Below are positions 11,430 through 24,343 of a stretch of 64,000 bases of DNA, piece by piece. Both the position numbers and the translations under genes were made by a program. The DNA is taken from contig NW_015175975.1 of NCBI RefSeq assembly GCF_001447785.1, positions 798,142 through 862,141 of the forward strand. Direction: 5' to 3'. The DNA comes from Gekko japonicus (taxonomy: Eukaryota). Within the stretch, counting starts at the first letter, position 1. The number at the start of each line of letters is the position of its first letter. The notes beneath the pieces are model-generated. The model searched no databases and was not told the DNA's origin. It saw only the letters and a list, made by a program, of their open reading frames with translations.

Positions 11430-11640
11430 GAGAGCTGCCAGCTCTGAGTACCTGGAGATTTTGGGGGTGGAGCCTGAAGAGGGCAGTGTTTGGGGAGGAA
11501 AGGGACTTCAATGGGGTATAATGCCACAGAGTCCACCTTCCAAAGCTGCCATTTTCTTCAGGTGAACTGAGCTCTGTTGTCTGGAGATCAGTTGTAATCC
11601 TAGGAGATCTCCAGCTACCACTTGGAGGTTGGCAACCCTA
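11430..11640 (+). mobile_element. TAGGGTTGCCA-family hAT-like MITE
   Basis: Body matches 607-1044; ends GGTTGGCAACCCTA. Confidence 0.8.
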
Positions 11641-11789
11641 TGGGTGATCATTCACTTTCCTCCAGCACATTTAATGCCACCTTCACTACCTCAGGCAGGA
11701 AGACTGGGAGCTTGGCAACCCTATGGATGATCAGTCACTTTCCTCCAGCACATTTAACGCCACCTTCACTACCTCAGGCAGGAAGACTG
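11629..11789. repeat. Tandem duplication of about 83 bp beginning inside the MITE right TIR
   Basis: ttggcaaccctatgg...ggaagactg occurs at 11629 and 11712. Confidence 0.9.
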
Positions 11790-12223
11790 CTGGTCTGCAG
11801 GGTGGATGGTACACTTGCAGAATCTCTATGTGCACCTGAGTGCAATACCAGACTGTTGGATGGTATACCTGTAATCCTGGCAGACCAGACCATAGCAGCA
11901 ACTCATCTAGCTCTGACTTGTACTGACCTATGGATTCACAGCTAGAAGAGATACTTACCCTTCCGAGTTCACCCACCCAGGTCTCTAATACATGTTGCGG
12001 CTGTTTGCTCATCAGAAATTAAGCCCTGCATAACTTCATCAAACAGCAGCAGTCTTAGACTAGGGAAAGTTAGTAGAATGATAGCTAAGGTACACTCTGG
12101 CAGGAAGAGGGACCAGAAGGAGAACAAACAGCAAAATCAAATTCCTCCTTATGTAGCCCCATATATCTTCCACCACCCATATTCCATCATTGTTTAACAG
12201 AGATCACACATATTTCTTTATTT

Positions 12224-13573
12224 ACATAAGAACATAAGAGAAGCCAATGTTGGATCAGGCCAATGGCCCATCTAGTCCAACACTCTGTCACACAGTGGCC
12301 AAAAATACCAGGTGCCATCAGGAGGTNNNNNNNNNNNNNNNNNNNNNNNNNNNNNNNNNNNNNNNNNNNNNNNNNNNNNNNNNNNNNNNNNNNNNNNNNN
12401 NNNNNNNNNNNNNNNNNNNNNNNNNNNNNNNNNNNNNNNNNNNNNNNNNNNNNNNNNNNNNNNNNNNNNNNNNNNNNNNNNNNNNNNNNNNNNNNNNNNN
12501 NNNNNNNNNNNNNNNNNNNNNNNNNNNNNNNNNNNNNNNNNNNNNNNNNNNNNNNNNNNNNNNNNNNNNNNNNNNNNNNNNNNNNNNNNNNNNNNNNNNN
12601 NNNNNNNNNNNNNNNNNNNNNNNNNNNNNNNNNNNNNNNNNNNNNNNNNNNNNNNNNNNNNNNNNNNNNNNNNNNNNNNNNNTACCTCTTTCTCAACCTG
12701 CTCTATCCCATGAATAATCTTATAAATCTCGATCATGTCACCCCTCAGCCGTCATTTCTCCAAGCTAAAGAGCCCCAAGCGCTTTAAACTTTCTTCATAG
12801 GGAAAGTGTTCCAACCCTTTTATCATTCTAGTTGCCCTTTTCTGCACTTTTTCCTATGCTATAATATCCTTTTTGAGGTGTGGTGACCAGAACTGTACAC
12901 AGTACTCCAAATGAGGACGTACCATCGATTTATACAGGGGCATTATGATACCGGCTGATTTGTTTTCAGTTCCCTTCCTAATAATCCCCAGCATAACATT
13001 GGTCTTTTTTATTGCAGTCACACACTGTCTTGACATTTTCAGTGAGTTATCTACTACGACTCCAAGATCTCTCTCTTGGTCAGTCTCTGCCAGTTCAGAC
13101 CCCATCAGTGTGTATTTATAGTTAGGATTTTTGGCTCCAATGTGCATCACTTTGCACTTGGCCACGCTGAATCCCATTTGCCACAATGACGCCTACTCGC
13201 CCATCCTTGACAGATCCCTTTGGAGTGCCTCACAATCCTACCTGGTTCTCAGCACCCTGAACAACTTCGTGTCATTTGCAAATTTAGCCACTTCACTGCT
13301 TACTCCCAACTCCAAATCATTAATAAACAAGTTAAAAAGCATCGGACCGAGTAGTGATCCCTGCGGTACCCCACTGCTTACCACCCTCCACTGAGAAAAT
13401 GTCCCATTTATACTCACTCTCTGTTTCCTATTAATCAGCCAGTTTTTGATCTACAAAAGGACTTGTCCTTTTATCCTGTGACTACTGAGCTTACTTAGGA
13501 GCCTTTGATGAGGAACTTTATCAAAAACTTTCTGGAAGTCAAGTTAAACATCTATTGGGTCCCCCTTGTCCAC
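12224..13573 (-). mobile_element. CR1 LINE 3' portion (RT C-terminus and 3' UTR), spans the assembly gap
   Basis: Minus-strand peptide KCKVMHIG...ERDLGVVVD...RPHLEYCVQFWSP; (TTCTTATG)n tail at the left end. Confidence 0.93.
12327..12682. other. Assembly gap (356 N) inside a CR1 element
   Basis: Run of N; both flanks match the CR1 copy at 29529-30349. Confidence 0.99.
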
Positions 13574-15789
13574 TGCTATCCTGCCTTTCCACCCAATCAG
13601 GGTCCATAAGGTGGCAAATATAAGAAACATTCAAGCAATTACAGTTAAAATTATAAAATTCTATTAAAATACGTAAAGAACACTAGCAAGAGGTTCAATA
13701 ACCATTACTGGGGGTATGCCAAACAGGACAAAACAAAATTACCTTCCATCCCATGGACATGCCAGATACATTATCATATCCCAACATATTTGCAGAAAGT
13801 CAAAGAGCTCTCTGTAAGGCTCAACACTTATAACCCCAAGGAAGCCAAAACTCTGACCCCTCTCCAACTTAGCAGTGCCTCAAAACAACACCACTCTCAC
13901 AGCAGCAGTGCTCTTCCAGCTCTCACAAGTAAAGGAAATCCTTACCCTTCTCTCACAAGTGATGGGAAGCAAGTCATAGAGTTCAGCTTGGCTAAATCAT
14001 CAATGGTTATCGCCTGCAACACTTCCCAAAGCTTTATGGTATTGTCCCACCAGAATATCTACCACTGAAGTGGTTGTTGGGAGTGGGCATTCAGCAGCCA
14101 ATACTGCTTACAGCCCTTGTGTGCAAGGGTGGATGTTCCTCTCCTGTGCTAGAGCTGCTCCTCTATGGTTTCACTTACAGCAGCAGCAATGGAAAGAAGG
14201 AGCAGGGTTTTAAATACACACCTTGATCCATCCAGTATTTTGGCTGACATGTCTGATGGCTATGGGATGCTCACATGGAGAGGAGTTATGAAAAAGAGCA
14301 AGCCGTAATGAACAAGACTTGCCTGTGATATAGAGCATCCATAGAACACTGCAGTTTAAGGACTTGATGTTCACCAATAGCATAGAGCCCAGAAGCGTCA
14401 TATCAGCAAAATGCAAGTTTCAACTTCAAAAACCACACCTGGCTTCCTCAGGAGCAGAATTCACTGGCAGCACTGGTTGCTGAGAAATGTATGTGTTGTT
14501 TCTCATGGCTATGAAAAACCTTCCTTCTTACTACAGAAATGAGAGACAGAGACACCAGTCTTCTTGTCTATCCCCTAGGCTAAAGACATCGCAGTCTGCA
14601 AAGAACAGTGTTCTCATATACAGTATCCTCAATACCTACTAAAATGGAGGGGGCACTCATGAGAGGGCCAGAAAAAAAATGCATGAAGGCAGGCTTGTGG
14701 TACTTTTAAACTTCATGTCCCAGTACATGGATATACAGTGCATTTTCACTGGGTTACTTGAGTAAATGTATAGAATAAGCTTCAGCCACTGAGCTAGAAT
14801 AATTTAACAATTGGTCCTGGCCTGGAGGGACCCTACTTTAAAAGCCAGCTTAGCTGTGAAGAGTCTGGATGTGATTCTTTAAGTTCCTTGGAGAGGGCTG
14901 GGTAAATATGTGATAAAATGGGGATTTCAGAAACTCAGTAGAGCACCCAGTAATTCGTGGCCTATCAAGTAATTCAACACAATTGGAGACTTGTGATATT
15001 AGAAAACAAGTGCAAAAGAGAAAAGAACGAGTTTAGAGAAGCCCAAGGAAAGCCTAAGAAGAGCCTGCAATTTTCAGCCCTAATAAGGCAAATGTATCAG
15101 GTCTACCTTTCAAGTGAATTCAAACCAAGGGGGAAAATGGCTTCTTAGAATATTGTAAACCAGGCCAGTGAAGAATGATAGAGGGGGGCCTTCCATCCCT
15201 CTGGCATCCAGCAGGCCAGTTCCAACTGGAAGTGGGCCACATTCATCAGGAGACATGTGGGAGAAGAGTTTGGTGTGCCAGCTTCTTCCTGCCAAGAAGA
15301 ACCCAGTGATATTTCCATGGATGCTTCTCCACTATGTGCAAAGAGGGGGGAAAAAGACGATGCCTCATGTCTAACTGTTGCTGGAGAGTTGCCCTAGCAA
15401 CAACAAATACAGGCCCCTGTCTTTATCAGGGTGAGGAAAAATAATGTAGAAGCTCTGTTTCTGGCTCTTCATTAAGAAGAGGAGAGTGGGATGAAAAACT
15501 TTAGAGCACAAAAAGCTACACCCCAGAAAATCAAGCTTTGATGTAGAGAAAGTCTCTATGCAGACAGTTTGTTCTTACTGTAAAAAAAGAAGAAACTAAA
15601 GAAAAACATTACATGCTTACTTTTTCATTAACTTATCCATTTCTTTTCATTGCTTTACATATACAGTATAGTAGAGGCATTTCACACTGAACAAATTAGC
15701 TGGTATAGTGCACAGAAAGGATACGAGGGAGGGTGGGGGAGGGGGAGGAGAGATAGACTTGAAAGCTCTCCAACATGCAGCAAATAAAT

Positions 15790-15985
15790 GTGTGGTATAG
15801 TGGTTAAGAGAGGCAAACTCTAATCTGGAGAACCGGGTTTGATTCCCCAGTCATCCACATGAAGCCTGTTGGGTGACGTTGGGCCAGTCACTCAGAACTC
15901 TCTTGGCCCCACCCACCCCACAAGATACCCGCTGTGGGAAGAGGAAATGGCTAACAACAGCAGGGCAGAGAAAAGTGGGGTCTAA
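15790..15985 (+). mobile_element. Squam3-like SINE
   Basis: tggtatagtggttaagag...actctaatctggagaaccgggtttgattcccc head and CORE segment. Confidence 0.75.
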
Positions 15986-17132
15986 AGACAACAAAAACCA
16001 ACTCTTAGCATTTCTAATGAACACTACATAGAGAAAACTAGATGGATTTCACATTTAAATCAATGGAAAGCCTACACAGTTTATGTCCTTAAAAATTTGT
16101 TCTATATAGATGCCTGTGTCCTATTCCTCTAAAATCTGGCAGGTCCAATGATTTTAATTTCATGCCATTTGGATGCAGCACACCAAAGTTACAAGCAGGA
16201 GAAGACCAGTTTGGCCTCCCATTGATATAATGGAAAACAAAAATAAATGGCAAAAAATAAAAAGCTAATGAAAAGGATGGAGAAATAGGAAAATTCCATG
16301 CACCCTCCTAATGTGAATGCAACACTAATTCCATAAATCCACAGTTTTATATATCTTGTATTATAAATAGGCAAAGTGGTTAGAATGCTTTTTAACTAGA
16401 CCAGGAGTTGGCAATCTTCTTTTTAATGAAAACTACTACTGAGCTACTCCACATGTTAGCAAGCATCCAGAAAAAGAACATAGATTAGGAAAAGCACTAG
16501 AAGCAAAGCTATTGACTAAGCAATGCAGAGAAAAATCCTATGAAACAAAGGCTTTCTTAAAACAAGTCTAGAGCATATCATTTCCTAGGTCTTCTAGGGT
16601 TGCACAAACTATTCTGCAGGAGAGTTACTGATAGAGACCCATAAACAAGATTATGCTTCTAATAGGACCCAAATGTGCACAGGATTTCAGTCCTACACCA
16701 GTTCCAACCACCTCCACAATGGAGGGCTCCTTAATCACTAAGTTAGTGTAGTGTAACACCAGCAGGAAGTTAACCTAGAATCTTCCAACTCTTTAGTAGT
16801 TATTATGGTGCATTTAACCATTTTTCCCACTCAGTGAGACCTACAATGTCAACAACAAAAACCTGTCAACTACCACAAATATTTAAAACAGGTTACTGAA
16901 CAAGCCCACCTGTCATCAACCAACTAATTCATCTGGGTAAGAAAGGAGGCAAATGCAGGAAGTAGCAGCTCTGCCCTTGATAGCAATAGTCTCTCCACAG
17001 GCACCTTCCAAATATTTCCCTTCAAAGCAGTCTCTCACATTGAAACATTTGCCCTTGGAGAGGGGATATTTAAGAAAGAAACAAGAAAATAACTACTCAA
17101 ACCATTACGTGGGCCACAACCCATCTTGACCA

Positions 17133-17804
17133 CAAATACAAGTCCCTGGATATAATAGAGAAACTTCCCATGTTGGGTTAGAAGAACGCATAGTCCAGAG
17201 AAGAGGACTCTTCCCTGCCATAAGATGTTTCATGTAGTGGTGGATTGGTGGGAATTTATGCACCACACAGACTCCTCAGCGTCCCAGAGCAGAAGTTTGG
17301 TGTAGGTGAGCCTTACAACTTGAATTCACTAGTCAGTATGTTATGTACTCATGGTTCACATGAACATAAGAACATAAGAACATAAGAACATAAGAGACGC
17401 CAAAAGCTAAATGACATCACCTGGCTTCATTATAGTCTATGTATCTTTGATGGGGGCACTAAGAATGCCTCCTCACAGATGTTCTCTAGGCTGAGAGACA
17501 GCATTCTCTCTCTCTCTCTCTCTCTCTCACCCCCCCCCCCCAGAAGTTTCTCCTTCCAGCCCAGGGGCTTGCAAATACAAGTCCCTGGATATAATAGAGA
17601 CACTTCCCATGTTGGGTTAGAAGAAGGCATAGTCCAGAGAAGAGGACTCCTCCCTGCCATGATAAGACGTTTCATGTAGGGGTGGATTGGTGGCATTTTA
17701 TGCACCACACAGACTCCTCAGCGTCCCAGAGCAGAAGTTTGGTGTAGGTGAGCCTTACAACTTGAATTCACTAGTCAGTATGTTATGTACTCGTGGTTCA
17801 CATG
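17133..17804. repeat. Direct duplication of about 230 bp (17133-17362 and 17572-17804) flanking a 40-bp CR1 tail and a (CT)n-containing spacer
   Basis: caaatacaagtccctgg...ggttcacatg appears twice; (AACATAAG)4-AGACGCCA at 17363-17403 is the reverse complement of the CR1 3' end at 30320-30349. Confidence 0.92.
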
Positions 17805-18454
17805 CTAGACAGATTATCCAATACACCCAAGCCAAAATACCTTACAGTGTTTTCTGAGACCACAGATTGTTACTACTCCAAAAGTAGACAGAAGGGACAG
17901 GGAAGAATGGTGGAAGTAATTTACACTGACTCCTTCCATATGCTGTATGGTTGGTATGATATATCTGGGGAACCACAAAGTAGAAGAAAAAGGTGTCCCT
18001 GTCAAGGAACACATGAAGAGTTTGTATGCATATTGAAAATCACAGACAAGAAAGAATGAGTTTGAAACCATTTACACAGTTACCCAAGGTTTTATTTCCC
18101 TGTAATTTTACGTTATGATTATGTATTCTTATTACACCTTTGCTTGTTTAAGATCAAACTTCCCTTGGTTATACTTCATCCACTAATCTACTTGGCACAT
18201 AATTAACTGGTGGTTTTATCTGGACATGATGCAGATGGGTAGAACATGCAGCCGGGGGGAGGGGAAGGGAGCATCACCATTAAAATGCCTATGTAAAGCT
18301 TACATCATGAATTTTCTTAGAATGGAATGGGAATCCAAGTTTAGCACCAGAACTAGAGGGCAGCAAGATAGGTGATCACAGCACAAGACTTTTACAAGTG
18401 CAGATTCAGTTAAAAATGGGGGAAAGGAACAGCAAGGAGATGTGGGTCACTTAC

Positions 18455-18529
18455 TGCACTTCGTTGTAAGTAGATGAGCAGCCCGGCAGCTATCTGACCT
18501 ATCAGGATCAGCAACAGGCAGGTGAAGTA
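18455..18529 (-). CDS. CD82: CD82 coding exon 4 (75 nt; YFTCLLLILIGQIAAGLLIYLQRSA), TM3
   Basis: Acceptor ttcctctAG, donor GTAAGT; hydrophobic helix with the conserved polar Q; phase 0/0. Confidence 0.95.
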
Positions 18530-18594
18530 CTAGAGGAAAGGAACAGAAAAGACTCAATGCTATTTTCCAGGCCCCAGGACCTTATTGTTATAAT

Positions 18595-18797
18595 TATTAC
18601 TATCCCACTTTTGTCCCTAATCAGGACCTAAAGCAGCTTATTCCTCCTCCACCCAAACCCCACCATCTTGTGAGGTAGGTTAGACTGAGAGATTGCGATG
18701 AGCCTTGGTCACCAGGTGAGCTTGCATGGCAGACTGGGGATTCAAACCTGGTTGTCCTTGGCCTTAGTCTGACACTAACCATTATGCCACACTGGCC
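18595..18797 (-). mobile_element. Squam3-like SINE, old
   Basis: tgtgaggtaggttagactgagag CORE segment; ...accattatgccacactggc head on the minus strand. Confidence 0.7.
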
Positions 18798-19390
18798 CTA
18801 AATATCATGAAATGGGAATATATGGAAGACAGCTAGAAACTACAGCTTCAGAATCAGTTTTCTTTCATTTCAAACCCCCAAAATATCTTTCACAATGTAA
18901 GAGTTCCTCATCTCAAGGAGATTTCCAGTTTCCACCTGTTCATGGACTACAGGGAGCTCAAAGAATCTGCTAATCAGGTTTTCCCATAGCAGCTCCAACA
19001 AGGATTTGGCACAGATTTACACAGGGTGCACTAGACTGCATGGAAGCAGAGTGAGTAGCTCCAAACCTATCTCAGCCTACCTGGTGTTCACTGAGGCATA
19101 TATTAGAGGCCATAACTGCACAGGGACATATGGGGGTATTTTCACCTGGCACAGACAACCAAAAAAAGAGACTCATGGCAGCTGGTACTAGAAGAGCTGC
19201 TGCGGCTTCCAGCAATCTCAGAAGACTTGTACAGAAAGATCACCTTTGTGACTCTGGGACTTCATACTGCAGATGAGTACAAATGACAAGCTAAGGTCCT
19301 TGTCAAATTACTATTGCCTTGCTGGCATTGCTAAGTGTATCTCCGTCACTTGTGGAGATTAAGCTCCTCCATATATGTTGGTCTCTAGAC

Positions 19391-19622
19391 CAGCTCCTGC
19401 CAACCTAGCAGTTTGAAAGCAAGAAATTGCAAGTAGATAAATAGGGACCACTTCGGTGGGAAGGTAACAGCGTTCAGTGCGCCTTGGTGTTTAGTCATAC
19501 TGGCCACATGACCACGGAAACATCTTCGGACAGCGCTGGCTCTTCGGCTTTGAAACGGAGATGAGCACCGCAACCCTAGAGTCGAATTCGACTGGCTTTC
19601 GAGCAAGGGAACCTTTACCTTT
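19391..19622 (+). mobile_element. Sauria SINE, 5'-truncated
   Basis: Reverse-complement match to 2881-3120; ACCTTT tail; TSD tagacca. Confidence 0.9.
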
Positions 19623-19878
19623 AGACCAACTGTTACCAGAAAGAACCTTAGATAACATTTGGGTTTTTAAAAATATTTTAATTAAATTATCATAGACCAA
19701 CAACATTTTTCAACTTATATCAGAGCGGCATAAATAATACATCTCAGAATGAATACAATGTATGAATTGAGAGTAAATTCCCAGGTCTTAACAACTCAAA
19801 ATATAAAAGGTGCTATAAGACAGCTATAATATATATTGAAGACATTTGGTTTTAAGTGACTTTGTCTACATCACTCAC

Positions 19879-20003
19879 CAGTCCCAAGAGACATCGAATC
19901 TCATTGACTGCTCCAAGGCAGCCCAGGAATCCCATCAACATGGTGACGGCCCCAACTCCAATGAGAATGTATGCCCCAGTCTTTAATGATGATGATGACA
20001 TTT
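19879..20003 (-). CDS. CD82: CD82 coding exon 3 (125 nt; [42 protein letters not shown]), TM2
   Basis: Tetraspanin GFLGCxGA..E.RCLL signature; acceptor cccacAG, donor GTGAGT; phase 1 in, phase 0 out. Confidence 0.96.
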
Positions 20004-20929
20004 CTGTGGGAGCCAGAAAAGAAATAATGTTTAGAACAGGCTAGTTTACACATTTATCAGGAATGCGAGACAAATGTATCCAGTCTGCACTCTAACAACA
20101 ACAACAAAACCACCAAGAGAAGCTACAGTACCACCTGTATTAATTATGAAATATTAGCATATTTTGCATCGTCACTTCCCCTATATGTAAAGGGTATGAA
20201 CATTGTGGTCACAAAGATGTATCCAGAGACAGGGCAAGAGGAGTTTCCTACATACCAGAGCAGGGGAACCATAGACAGTAGGAAGTCCTAATATTTAAAA
20301 CACACACACAAAATTAGCTCTAGGCCCAAACCTTTCAAAAGTCACTTCAATGAAGAAAGGTGGGAAGGAGAATTAAAATGAGTGGCTCACTAGGCTCACT
20401 CGGCCAACATGGGACTGCTGGGACCTGCCAGGCAACAAAGCCACTGCCGTCAAGCAACAGCTGCTAGACTATGTCTGTTTCCTCTCGGATGACAGCTCCA
20501 TAGAACAAGCAAGCAAGAAGCAAATAGACAAAGTGAGGAAGAAGAGCCAGTGGTAGGAACTGAGGAAAGCAGGGACACATTCCTTGAACAGGAGCTGTTC
20601 TACCACATCACAAACCTCACAAAACAAACTAGTTTGGTAAATGGAAAGGTTTGTGAAGGTTTGTAAGACTCGATGAACTATGAACCAGGATGAACTTCCA
20701 TCTTCCCAGTTCATGCACATCCCTAGAGGAGAATAGAGATGTGAAGGACACATTTTTATCTGTCTTCCCAGAATATAACTCTCCCAGTGGAATCTTTTAA
20801 GCTGCATTTGACACACGAAAGGACCCTAGGTGAAGAAAGCTGGCTCTGAAGAATGCACATGCTCAGGATCACAACGCACAGCCCCCATTCCCCCTCCAAA
20901 AGCTACAGATCCTTTAAGTAACAAGAGAG

Positions 20930-23849
20930 CCACTGTCCCCTTGGAACAAGGGTTGTGTCTGTGGGGAGGAGTGGTGTTATTTATCTGGGAGGCTTACTCC
21001 TTCAGGGCGTTCCCGTCACTGGGGATCACAGGCATAGAGTGTGCCAGCCTGGTGTGGGAAGCCGAGGAGAGTGTGGCGATTTGGTTGGTATACTGACTGC
21101 CCAACGCACTGCCCAATAGTCTACCGTCCCTGGTGGAGGCCATATCAGGCTGGGAACACCCTAGACTGATAGTCTTGGGCGATTTCAACGTCCATGCTGA
21201 TGATGCAGCCTCCACTCAGGCAGCGGACCTAGTGTCGTCCATGGTGGCCCTAGGACTCTCCCAACTTGTAACGGCCCCCACTCACCAGGCTGGGCACACG
21301 CTCGATTTGATCTTCGCAGCAGGAGTTACAGTGGACTGGATGACTGCCTTGGCAGTGCCATGGTCAGACCACTTTGCCTTGAAGGCTCGCTTAAATACCC
21401 CACTCCGACCCTGTTTGGGCGGCGAGCCTATTTGGGCTTGCCCGCGGAGCCAAATGGACCCAGTGCGGGTTCAGATGGCTCTTCGGGATCTGAAGCCCCC
21501 TGGCGGCTCGTTGAATGAGCCTGTAGAGGACTGGCACAGCCGACTCTCGACAGCCATCAATGAGATTACTCCCTGCCACCCTCTGCGCCCCCGATCTAAG
21601 CTTGTTCCATGGTTTACCCAGGAGTTGCGGCTGATGAAACGGGGTCTAAGACGGCTAGAGAGGCAGTGGCGGTGTGCCCACAACGAAGCGTCAAGAGGAC
21701 GTTATAGGATGTTTATGAGATCCTATGAGATGGCAGTCAAGGCCGCGAAGAGACAGTATTATACGGCCACGATTGTGTCTGCAAAGCTCACATCCAGCAC
21801 AATTGTTTAGAACGATTTGGTCAATTACAGCTCTGTCCCAAGACCGGCAAAACGGTAGGGAATTGGACATTGGCTGTGAGGCTTTTGCGAGCTATTTTGT
21901 GGATAAAGTTTTGTCGCTCCTCCACGATCTCCCTGTCACAGTTGAAACAGTGAATGAACTCGAGGCTCCAAGCACATCTTCTTGTCATATTAAGGATTAT
22001 TTTAACCTGCTCAGCCTAGAGGAAGTTGACAAATTGCTCCTAACTGTACGCCCTACCACATGCCTCCTTGATCCGTGTCCTTCATGGCTAATTAAAGCTG
22101 GCCACAAGGGGTTTTGGGGTGCCTTGTGGGAGATTGTCAACAAGTCCCTCTCTGAGGGGCTTTTCCCAGAGGCACTTAAGGAGGCAGTGATGCACCCCCT
22201 CCTGAAAAAGCCATCTCTGGATTTGGCCAAATTGGCCAATTATCAGATGGTTTCCAACTTGCCCTATTTGGACAAGATAATAGAGGGCGGTGGTAATGCA
22301 GTTACAGGGCTTCTTGGATGACACTTCCATTCTAGACCCCTTCCAGTCCGGCTTTCACCCGGGTCATGGGACAGAGACGGCACTGGTCGCCTTCACAGAC
22401 AACCTCTGGAGGCATTTGGATCAGGGCAGATCGGCAGTGCTGTTGCTGTTAGACCTGTCGGCTACGTTGGACACGGTCGACCATCAGCTACTGACCCACT
22501 GCCTCGCCGACATTGGAATTCAGGGACTAGCCTTGCAGTGGCTTGCTTCCTTTCTCCAAGATTGGGGACAAAGAGTGGTGCTGGTGGACCAGCTATCCCA
22601 AAGGCACCCATTGTAATGTGGAGTGCCTCAAGGGGCAGTGTTGTCTCCGATGCTTTTTAACCTATATGCGCACTCTTGCCCAGATTGCCCGGAAGCATGG
22701 ACTGGGTTGTCACCAATATGCGGATGACACCCAACTCTACCTGTTGTTGGACGGCCAGTCCGACTCCAAACTGGAAGATCTAGACCGGGCGTTTCAAGCT
22801 GTGGCTGGTTGGCTTAGGCTGAGCCAGCTGAAATTGAATCTGATGAAGACGGAAGCCCTGTGCCTGAGTCAGAGTGGTCCGGGGGTAGGGATCCCACTCC
22901 CGACCGTCAATGGGGCACCATTCGTGCCAGCGCCAGAGGTTAGGAGCTTGGTGCTAGATGCCTCAACAATGGAGGCCCAGGTAGCAGCCACTGCCAAGTC
23001 GGCCTTTTACCATCTGTAGCTGATTAGGCAGTTGGTTCCCTTCCTTGAATGCAATGACCTGGCAACAGTGATCCACACGATGGTCACCTCGAGATTGGAT
23101 TACTGTAATGCCCTCTACATGGGGCTGCCCTTGTCGCAAATTCCGAGGCTGCAGCTAGTGCAAAACGCCACGGCCAGGTTGTTGATGGGAATCTCGATTT
23201 GGGAGCACATCCGACCTGTGCTAAAGACGTTGCACTGGCTGCCAATAGCATACCAGGTTCACTTCAAGGTGCTGGTTCTTACCTTTAAAGCCCTTTATGG
23301 CCACGGACCTGCATACCTGTGGGACTGCCTTTCCCCATATATACCCCAGAGGATACTGCACTCTGGGACCCAGAACCGACTGGCTCTCCCGAGTTTCAAG
23401 GAGCCAGACTGGTGGCAACTAAGGCCAGGGCTTTTTTGGTGGTGACTCCACTCTGGTGGAACGAGCTCCCAGAAGAGACCAGGGCCATGCAGGACCTCTC
23501 GCTGTTCCGCAGGGCCTGTAAAACAGAGATCTTCCGCCAGGCATTTGGAGCCTCCTCCTCCTAATATCTCTACCGCCAACAATTGGTATCTATGTTGGTG
23601 GAACCCTGGCCCGCTGGTCCCTTAAATACTGCCCGAGCCAATCACCCAAGACAGCTGCAGAAGGCTGAAGAGCTGATCGCAAAACGAGGAATGCTGCTAG
23701 CGCTTTATTATGTTTGAGTTTTAACACTGTATTTATATTAATTTATGTGATTTTATGCTACTGTATTGTTGAGAGCTTACTTTGTTGTAAGCCGCCCTGA
23801 GCCGGCCCAGGCCGGGAGGGTGGGATAAAAATCGAATAAATAAATAAAT
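20930..23849 (+). mobile_element. L2 (LINE2) element, degenerate ORF2 (APE endonuclease remnant and RT) with frameshifts and stops
   Basis: Peptides VLGDFNVH, HTLDL..WSDH (EN), QSGF..HGTETAL, LLDLSA.LDTVDH, QYADDTQLY, SRLDYCN (RT); (TAAA)n 3' tail. Confidence 0.95.
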
Positions 23850-24137
23850 ATGTGCATACAAGGTGGGGGTGGTCTATTTGAACACGTTATGCACTGCTGA
23901 CCACCATAAAATGAAATGCACATACCACTAACTCCCCTCCACACATTTACTTCCTGACTAAGCAGAGGGACTGTGGTGACCATGACTGACGTCTGGGTGG
24001 GGATGGAAAAAAGTGTCACTCTGCTACTCTCCTCTCTATCACTGACAAACGTGCAGGCTGACAACAGTTTCTCTTACTTTCTAGCTTCTTGGGGATACCG
24101 AAGTTTTGATTGACAGCCAATGAAAAGAGATTATGAG

Positions 24138-24343
24138 CAATGTTCCCTCTAAATTGTGGAGTCTTGTGAGCAAAAATTCTACTTTGTGAGTTACTGGCAT
24201 TAAAGTTGTGAGCGAGCGATTGGACTGCTGTATAAATTAGTTTGCTCTGGAGCCATCCTTCCTGAGCTGAGACAAAAATGTGTGAGCCAGAGGCTACAAA
24301 ACTGTGAGCTAGCTCACACTAACTCAGCTTAGAGGGAACACTG
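24138..24343 (+). mobile_element. hAT MITE (CA(A/G)TGTTCCCTCTAAGCTG TIR family)
   Basis: TIRs plus 8-bp TSD attatgag/gttatgag; four copies in the window. Confidence 0.9.

Noticed and set aside
12187-12787. Long ORFs in the ORF track
   Set aside because: Artefacts of the N gap; the flanks are CR1 sequence.
17363-17403. Short direct repeats as a CRISPR-like or regulatory array
   Set aside because: This is the 8-bp CR1 3' microsatellite tail; no spacers, and the DNA is vertebrate.
21133-23564. ORFs of 100-225 aa as a host gene or active retrotransposon
   Set aside because: Frameshifted, stop-interrupted pieces of one L2 ORF2; non-functional.
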